Assembly (NCBI GenBank): GCA_002315325.1
Contig: DCGU01000076.1
Span: 1-61,486 of the forward strand
Length of the DNA: 61,486 nt
Reading direction: 5' to 3'
Source: Clostridiales bacterium UBA1770
Lineage (GTDB): Bacteria; Bacillota; Clostridia; Oscillospirales; CAG-272
Part shown: positions 55,415 through 61,486 of the stretch, piece after piece
Numbering within the stretch: the first letter of the stretch is position 1
How the letters are laid out: the number at the start of each line of letters is the position of its first letter
Position numbers and translations under genes: made by a program
Notes under the pieces: model-generated
What the model saw: the letters and a program-made list of their open reading frames with translations, nothing else
Told to the model about the DNA's origin: nothing
The model's database searches: none

Positions 55415-58400
55415 ATGGAAAACAAAAATTATTACCTTGGCTTGGACATTGGTACCGACTCTGTCGGCTATGCCGTCACGGACGAAAACTATAACTTGCT
55501 GCGTTTCCATGGTGAACATGCGTGGGGTGTTACGCTCTTTGATGAGGCGGCACTCTGTACCGATCGTCGTGCGCACCGTACGGCACGCCGCCGCCTTGAC
55601 CGCAGAAAACAGCGTGTGGACTTGCTGCAGGAATTGTTCGCAGTGGAAATCGGCAAAGTTGATCCGCGGTTCTTTATCCGGTTGCAGGAAAGTGCCTTAT
55701 ACCGTGAAGATGCCGGTGATGCATACTCCTTCTTTAATGATGAAAACTACACGGATATTGATTACCACAAGCAATACCCGACGATTCATCATTTGATTGT
55801 TGATTTGATGACGTCAAGCAAGCCGCACGACGTGCGTCTTGTCTATTTGGCGTGCGCGTGGCTGGTCGCACACCGTGGGCATTTCCTGTCCGACGTGAAT
55901 AAGGAAAATATCAGTGAACTGACCGATTTTACCAAAGTATACGATAACCTTTTGGCCTATTTTGCGGAGAATGAATTGCCGGCACCCTGGGGTGACTGTG
56001 ACCGTGCAGCGTTTGCCGACGTTCTTAAACGCAAAACGGGTTTATCTTACAAACAAAAACTCTTGGCGGGCATCTTGTATGCTGACGGCAAACTGCCAAA
56101 GACGGCAGAAGACGACCCCTACGCCAAGGACGTTTTGATCAAGGCTATTTGCGGCAGCAAAGTCAAATGTTCGGATTTGTTCAATAATACCGAATATGAA
56201 GAACTCGATACAAACGGTTTTTGCCTCGGTGCAGATGAAGAAACGCTTGCCGGCGTGATGGCAAATCTGTCCGACGCCGATGCCGATTTGTTTGCTCGGT
56301 TAAAAGCTACGTATGACTGGGCAGTGTTGGTGGATGCACTGAACGGACAGGATTGCATTTCGTTGTCCAAAGTAGCCGTCTACGACCAACATAAAAAAGA
56401 CCTGGCGACACTCAAGTATTTTATCCGCAAATATGCCAACGAAAAATATGCCGAGGTTTTCCGCAAGTCGGCTGAAACCAACTACGTGGCATATTCTTAT
56501 CATAATAAAAACAAGAATATCACGCTGCCCAAGAAAAAGGCAAATAAAGAGGACTTCTGCAAATACGTAAAAGGTATTATTGCAGCCTTTAAGGGCAAAG
56601 TGGAAGAAAAAGATGCCGCTGCGTATGCGGATATGGTCGACCGCCTGGATCTGTTGACGTTCCTGCCCAAACAGCGCGATACGGATAACCGCGTTATCCC
56701 TTACCAGTTGTATTGGTATGAACTGAAAAAGATTATGGAAAAGGCAGGCACGTATCTGCCGTTCCTTTCCGCATCGGATGCGGATGGTATCCGTACGGAT
56801 GAGAAAATTATGGACGTCTTTACGTTCCGCGTCCCGTACTTTGTCGGTCCGTTAAACAAACATTCCAACCGCGGTTGGATTGAACGTCAGCCCGGCAAGA
56901 TTTATCCGTGGAATTTTGAAAAGATGGTTGATTTGGATAAATGTGAAGAAGCGTTTATCAAAAAACTCATCAACTACTGTACCTATATTCCCGGGGAAAA
57001 GGTGCTGCCGAAGGAATCATTGACGTATGCCAAATTTATGGTACTGAATGAGATTAATAATCTCAAGATAGACGAACAGCCCATTTCCGTTGAGCTGAAG
57101 CAAATTATCTATTACGAGCTGTTCTGCAAAAAGCGCCGTGTCACGCGCAAAGCCCTGGAAGAGTATTTGCTTTCTAATAATCATATGGCAAAAGGGCAGC
57201 ACGTTTCCGGTATTGACGAACAAATCAAATCTTCCCTGAAAGCGTACCACGATTTCAAACGTTTGTTGGCCAATAAAGTGTTGACCGAAGAACAGGTAGA
57301 AGCAATTATTGAGCGTATCACCTACGTGGAAAATCCGGCACGCGTTCGAGCGTGGCTCAAGAAGAACTATGCATTCCTATCCGATGCGGACGTGACGTAT
57401 ATTGCAAAGCTGAAATATAAAGATTTCGGCCGTTTGTCCTATGCGTATTTGAACGGACTGGAAGGTTGTGAAACCGATAGCGCCACCGGGGAGGCGGCAA
57501 CGATTCTGTCTGCCATGTGGAACACAAACAACAATCAGATGGAACTCATGTCCGACCGATTTACCTATCGTCAGTCAGTTCTGGATTTGCAGGAGCAATA
57601 CTATGCCACACATTCCAAGACGTTGGCAGAACGGCTTGACGATATGTACCTGTCCAATGCCGTCAAGCGTCCCGTTATCCGTGCCCTGGAGATTACCAAG
57701 GACGTAGTGAAGGCATTCGGCGGCGCACCGGCGAAAGTATTCGTGGAAATGACGCGCGGGGCTACCGAGGACCAAAAGAACAAACGGACCAAAACGCGTC
57801 TGCAGCAATTGCGGGAGCTGTATGAAAAGTGTAAGCAGGATGCGCGCGACTTGAATGCACAATTGGATGCTATGGGCGACAATGCCGATAACTGCCTGCA
57901 GAGTGACGCCCTATTCCTATACTATTTGCAGATTGGTAAATGCCTGTATACCGGCAATACCATTGATATCACGGCATTGAAATCCGGACGTTATAACATT
58001 GAGCATATCTACCCCCAATCGCTTGTTAAGGACGACAGTATCATTAACAATGAAATCCTGGTAGAGTCCAATGCCAACGGCGCTAAGAGTGATAGTTATC
58101 CCGTTGCCGTTGATATCCAAAACAAGCAAGGTGCGCTGTGGTCAATGCTGCATCATGCAGGGCTGATGAGTGACGAAAAGTATAAACGTCTAACCCGCAC
58201 CACGCCGTTTTCCGCGGATGAAAAAATGGGCTTTATCAATCGTCAGCTGACCGAAACGTCACAGTCCACCAAGGCAGTTGCCACGTTGTTGAAGGAGCTG
58301 TATCACACGGAAATCGTCTACGTCAAGGCACGCCTGACGTCGGAATTCCGCCAGGAATACGGTCTGTTAAAATCACGCACCGTCAACGATTTGCACCATG

Positions 58401-59482
58401 CCAAGGATGCCTATTTGAATATCGTGACCGGTAACGTCTACAGTATGCGGTTTACAAAACAATTCTTCCGCATTGACGAACAGTATAGTTTGAACACGTG
58501 GGCCCTGTTCGGCCATTCCGTGATTTGCGGCGGCAAGACTGTATGGACGCCTGCTATGCTGGATACCGTTAAGAAAACGGCTGTGATGGATACGGCGCAT
58601 TTGACGCGGTACGCTTATTGCAAACATGGTCCCCTGTTCGACTTGATGCCGCTCAAGGCGGGGCAGGGACAGATTGAGCAAAAGGCCGGAAAGAGCGTTG
58701 AAAAATACGGCGGATACAATAAGGCTGCCATTTCGTTCTGCTTGATTGTTGGGTATAAGACGGATAAAGCCAAAGACGTTATGATTATGCCGGTTGAATT
58801 ATTGTTTGCCGACCGTGTGCTTGCGTCTGCTGATTTTGCCGCAACGTATGCACAGGATAAAATCGGCCGTATGCTGAACAAACCGGTGCACGATATCACG
58901 TTCCCGTGCGGGATGAGAATGATTCGAATTAATACGGTATTTGCATTGGATGGGTTTAGAGGTTATTATACCGGAATTACGGCAACAAACTGGTGTTTCT
59001 CATCCTTTATGCCTTTATCATTGAAAGGTGAATGGCAGAATTACATCAAACATTTGGAGTCTTTTGCTGAGAAGACAAAAAAGAATCCGGGTTTGACCTA
59101 TCAAAAAACGTACGATAAGATTTCGTGTGAAAAGAATATCGAATTATATGACGTTCTTTGTGATAAATTAGCGAATAGTATTTATCAGAAGCGTCCCGGC
59201 AATCCCGTTGACACAATAGGAAAAGGAAAGAGCAAGTTTGCCACACTTGACGTCAAGGTACAAGTGCAACAATTGCTTTCCTTGTTACAAGTATTCGGCC
59301 CCACTTCAGGCGGAATTGACTTGACGCAAATCGGCGGTGCAGCAAAAGCTGCAACGACACGAATTGGCCTTTCTATTACAACGTTAAGCCATTCATTTAC
59401 ACATAGTATAGTTATTATTGATCAATCGCCTTCCGGTTTATGGGAGTCCCAATCTATCAATCTGCTTGATTTAATTAAGTAA
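55415..59482 (+). CDS. cas9: Type II-A CRISPR endonuclease Cas9
   Basis: 1355 aa behind an AAGGAG RBS. It has RuvC-I YYLGLDIGTDSVGYAV, RuvC-II VFVEMTRG, HNH NIEHIYPQSLVKDDSIINNEILVESNANGAKSD and RuvC-III NDLHHAKDAYLN. Confidence 0.95.
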   Translation: MENKNYYLGLDIGTDSVGYAVTDENYNLLRFHGEHAWGVTLFDEAALCTDRRAHRTARRRLDRRKQRVDLLQELFAVEIGKVDPRFFIRLQESALYREDAGDAYSFFNDENYTDIDYHKQYPTIHHLIVDLMTSSKPHDVRLVYLACAWLVAHRGHFLSDVNKENISELTDFTKVYDNLLAYFAENELPAPWGDCDRAAFADVLKRKTGLSYKQKLLAGILYADGKLPKTAEDDPYAKDVLIKAICGSKVKCSDLFNNTEYEELDTNGFCLGADEETLAGVMANLSDADADLFARLKATYDWAVLVDALNGQDCISLSKVAVYDQHKKDLATLKYFIRKYANEKYAEVFRKSAETNYVAYSYHNKNKNITLPKKKANKEDFCKYVKGIIAAFKGKVEEKDAAAYADMVDRLDLLTFLPKQRDTDNRVIPYQLYWYELKKIMEKAGTYLPFLSASDADGIRTDEKIMDVFTFRVPYFVGPLNKHSNRGWIERQPGKIYPWNFEKMVDLDKCEEAFIKKLINYCTYIPGEKVLPKESLTYAKFMVLNEINNLKIDEQPISVELKQIIYYELFCKKRRVTRKALEEYLLSNNHMAKGQHVSGIDEQIKSSLKAYHDFKRLLANKVLTEEQVEAIIERITYVENPARVRAWLKKNYAFLSDADVTYIAKLKYKDFGRLSYAYLNGLEGCETDSATGEAATILSAMWNTNNNQMELMSDRFTYRQSVLDLQEQYYATHSKTLAERLDDMYLSNAVKRPVIRALEITKDVVKAFGGAPAKVFVEMTRGATEDQKNKRTKTRLQQLRELYEKCKQDARDLNAQLDAMGDNADNCLQSDALFLYYLQIGKCLYTGNTIDITALKSGRYNIEHIYPQSLVKDDSIINNEILVESNANGAKSDSYPVAVDIQNKQGALWSMLHHAGLMSDEKYKRLTRTTPFSADEKMGFINRQLTETSQSTKAVATLLKELYHTEIVYVKARLTSEFRQEYGLLKSRTVNDLHHAKDAYLNIVTGNVYSMRFTKQFFRIDEQYSLNTWALFGHSVICGGKTVWTPAMLDTVKKTAVMDTAHLTRYAYCKHGPLFDLMPLKAGQGQIEQKAGKSVEKYGGYNKAAISFCLIVGYKTDKAKDVMIMPVELLFADRVLASADFAATYAQDKIGRMLNKPVHDITFPCGMRMIRINTVFALDGFRGYYTGITATNWCFSSFMPLSLKGEWQNYIKHLESFAEKTKKNPGLTYQKTYDKISCEKNIELYDVLCDKLANSIYQKRPGNPVDTIGKGKSKFATLDVKVQVQQLLSLLQVFGPTSGGIDLTQIGGAAKAATTRIGLSITTLSHSFTHSIVIIDQSPSGLWESQSINLLDLIK

Positions 59483-59483
59483 A

Positions 59484-60353
59484 ATGAGTTGGCGGACAGT
59501 CATCATCGCTAATCGGTGCAAGCTTGACGTCAGCATGGGATATTTGGTAGTCCGTGGAGAGGATACCAAACGCATCTTTTTGGATGAAATAGGGATACTG
59601 CTGATTGAAAACCCGGCAGTATCCCTAACTGGGTGCCTGATTGAAGCACTGACAGAAAAGAAAATCAAAACCATATTTTGCGACAGCAAGCGTAATCCGA
59701 TGGCAGAATTGGTGCCGCATCACGGCAGTCATGATTCATCGCTGAAAATACGGACGCAATGCCAGTGGCGCGATGACGTAAAGGCACGCATATGGCGGGA
59801 AATTGTGATCGAAAAAATCAAGCGGCAGGCATCGTTCCTCAAACAAATCGGCAAGATAAATGAGAGTGAACTGATTTCTTCCTATATAGAGCAGGTGGAA
59901 CCCGGTGACGTTACTAATCGGGAGGGACATGCTGCCAAGGTGTATTTTAATGCCCTGTTCGGTATGTCTTTTACCAAGAGTGCCGATTGCCCCATCAACG
60001 CTGCATTGAACTATGGATACAGTTTGATTTTATCAGCGGTAAACAGGGAAGTATCTGCAAATGGGTATTTAACGCAGATTGGCATATTCCATGACAATAT
60101 GTTCAATCATTTCAATTTGAGCTGCGATCTCATGGAACCTTTTCGTATTATCGTTGACCGCTACGTTGTGGCAAATATGCCGACGCAATTTGAAAAGGAT
60201 GAAAAACATAATATTTGGGGCATCTTGAATCAAACGGTCTATATTGAATATACTCGGCAAACGGTTTTAAATGCCATCAAGATATACGTGCACAGCGTAT
60301 TTGATGCTATCAATGATAATGATTTATCACGAATCAAGTTTGTACAGGAATAA
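59484..60353 (+). CDS. cas1: CRISPR integrase Cas1 (type II)
   Basis: 289 aa with an N-terminus and length typical of type II Cas1. It contains the NAALNYGYS and EPFR blocks. Confidence 0.9.
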   Translation: MSWRTVIIANRCKLDVSMGYLVVRGEDTKRIFLDEIGILLIENPAVSLTGCLIEALTEKKIKTIFCDSKRNPMAELVPHHGSHDSSLKIRTQCQWRDDVKARIWREIVIEKIKRQASFLKQIGKINESELISSYIEQVEPGDVTNREGHAAKVYFNALFGMSFTKSADCPINAALNYGYSLILSAVNREVSANGYLTQIGIFHDNMFNHFNLSCDLMEPFRIIVDRYVVANMPTQFEKDEKHNIWGILNQTVYIEYTRQTVLNAIKIYVHSVFDAINDNDLSRIKFVQE

Positions 60354-60359
60354 CGGGGA

Positions 60360-60680
60360 ATGAGTTATCGATTTATGCGTACAATCGTGATGTTTGACTT
60401 GCCGACAGAGACGGCAGAAAACAAGCGCAACTATCGCCATTTTGTGCGGGCACTTGAGAAAAATGGGTTTATGATGATGCAGGAGTCTGTCTACATCCGT
60501 TTGTTATTGACACCATCCGCGCAAAAACTTGCGGTGGACGCTATCCGTAAATTGAAACCACCGGATGGACTGGTCCAAGTACTAACTGTCACAGAAAAGC
60601 AATTTGCTAATATGGAATATATGGTTGGTGAAGCGCACAGTGAAGTGATTGACAGTGATGAGCGGCTCATCATTTTGTGA
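60360..60680 (+). CDS. cas2: CRISPR protein Cas2
   Basis: 106 aa with the MSYRFMRTIVMFDLP ferredoxin-like start and QESVY motif. Confidence 0.9.
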   Translation: MSYRFMRTIVMFDLPTETAENKRNYRHFVRALEKNGFMMMQESVYIRLLLTPSAQKLAVDAIRKLKPPDGLVQVLTVTEKQFANMEYMVGEAHSEVIDSDERLIIL

Positions 60681-60690
60681 GGAATAGCAA

Positions 60691-61362
60691 ATGAAATACT
60701 GTTTTCCGGAAATTGACCACGTTTTTGATACGGAATGCGGCTGGGTAAATATGTTGGTTGTGGAAAACCAAGCGTTATTTTGTCGATTGCTTGCGGATTT
60801 TTATGCACAAATTGAAAACGGGGAAAAGGGGAATGGGGTTATATCAGTGGATAATGCGCCGGTTGATATGGCAAAATACGCTGACGTTATATCGACGTTT
60901 ATTCCATTTGATTTGAACCGCAAAACGCTTGTGTCAAAGCTAACGGCAACGCTTGAAAAAACTGCAGTCAATCAGGACCATTATGAGAATACGATGAAGG
61001 TTATGCAAGATTTGCACGATTGGTTGGATGAAATATCCTTTTCCCTTTCCTGTGACGTGGTCTATCCAAAGTTGAGCCATTCTTCCATCATAAAAGCGGC
61101 CGGCGTCGAGTTTCAGAATCAGGATGCCGGTGTTGCGCAGAACGTATTGGATTATATGGAACTGTACCGCGAATTTGACCGCGACCGGTTATTTATTACT
61201 GTAAATATTCGTAGTTATATTTCCGACGCAGAAACACAGGCATTTTGTGAAACAGTCCTTTGTCATGGGTATCACGTATTGCTGTTGGAAAGTGTGGACA
61301 GGCGGCAAATAGAGTCTATTAAAAAGGTCATTATTGATAACGATTTATGTGAAATAGAATAA
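60691..61362 (+). CDS. csn2: Type II-A adaptation protein Csn2
   Basis: 223 aa at the position after cas2. Its pattern resembles short Csn2 proteins (LVVENQALF..., the C-terminal LFITVNIRSYISD...VLLLES). Confidence 0.8.
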   Translation: MKYCFPEIDHVFDTECGWVNMLVVENQALFCRLLADFYAQIENGEKGNGVISVDNAPVDMAKYADVISTFIPFDLNRKTLVSKLTATLEKTAVNQDHYENTMKVMQDLHDWLDEISFSLSCDVVYPKLSHSSIIKAAGVEFQNQDAGVAQNVLDYMELYREFDRDRLFITVNIRSYISDAETQAFCETVLCHGYHVLLLESVDRRQIESIKKVIIDNDLCEIE

Positions 61363-61470
61363 GTAAACATAGTACCCCATATTACACGAAAACGTTGTGG
61401 GCAATGAGTCCGTAGGCTCATATAAAGCAGGTGTAGGCCTGCTTTTCCACCCACAACGAACCAATTTGAG

Positions 61471-61486
61471 GTTTGAGAGTAGTGTA
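61471..61486 (+). CRISPR. First 16 nt of a probable CRISPR repeat (array truncated by the window end)
   Basis: GTTTGAGAGTAGTGTA lies 108 nt after csn2. It has a type II-A-like GTTT(T/G)AGAG start and is complementary to the predicted tracrRNA anti-repeat upstream of cas9. No second repeat is visible, so array status is inferred. Confidence 0.5.

Overview
This window looks like an origin-proximal chromosomal segment of a moderately GC-rich Gram-positive anaerobe. The Clostridia-like assignment is inferred only from gene content and signals. Two glycoside hydrolases (GH92-like and GH2) sit on the minus strand at the left. A long plus-strand run follows: holA, a DnaA-box cluster, ahcY, mnmG, a 231-bp perfectly phased heptamer repeat, and rsmG. 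Next comes a 3.7-kb AT-rich gene-free gap holding 14 parS palindromes, six of them in ~103-bp tandem units, then parA-parB and serS. From ~18.5 to 54.3 kb lies a surface-protein island. It holds three giant secreted or anchored proteins (2458, 1922 and 3881 aa), an orphan lipoprotein, a polytopic membrane protein and two paralogous MacB/FtsX-type ABC pairs. A visibly AT-rich AAA-ATPase gene sits on the minus strand inside the island. The 3881-aa protein carries an internal Hint (intein-like) module. Downstream is a ~570-nt promoter-to-terminator unit with no credible ORF but several covarying hairpin modules. A diverged, inverted copy of it sits at the left window edge. The right end is a complete type II-A CRISPR-Cas locus (cas9-cas1-cas2-csn2) with a predicted divergent tracrRNA, and the last 16 nt look like the first CRISPR repeat. 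The three most unusual items are the centromere-like parS super-array, the unassigned structured RNA-like element in two copies, and the ABC-bracketed giant-protein island with the Hint module. All functional calls rest on motif recognition by eye; no database search was run.
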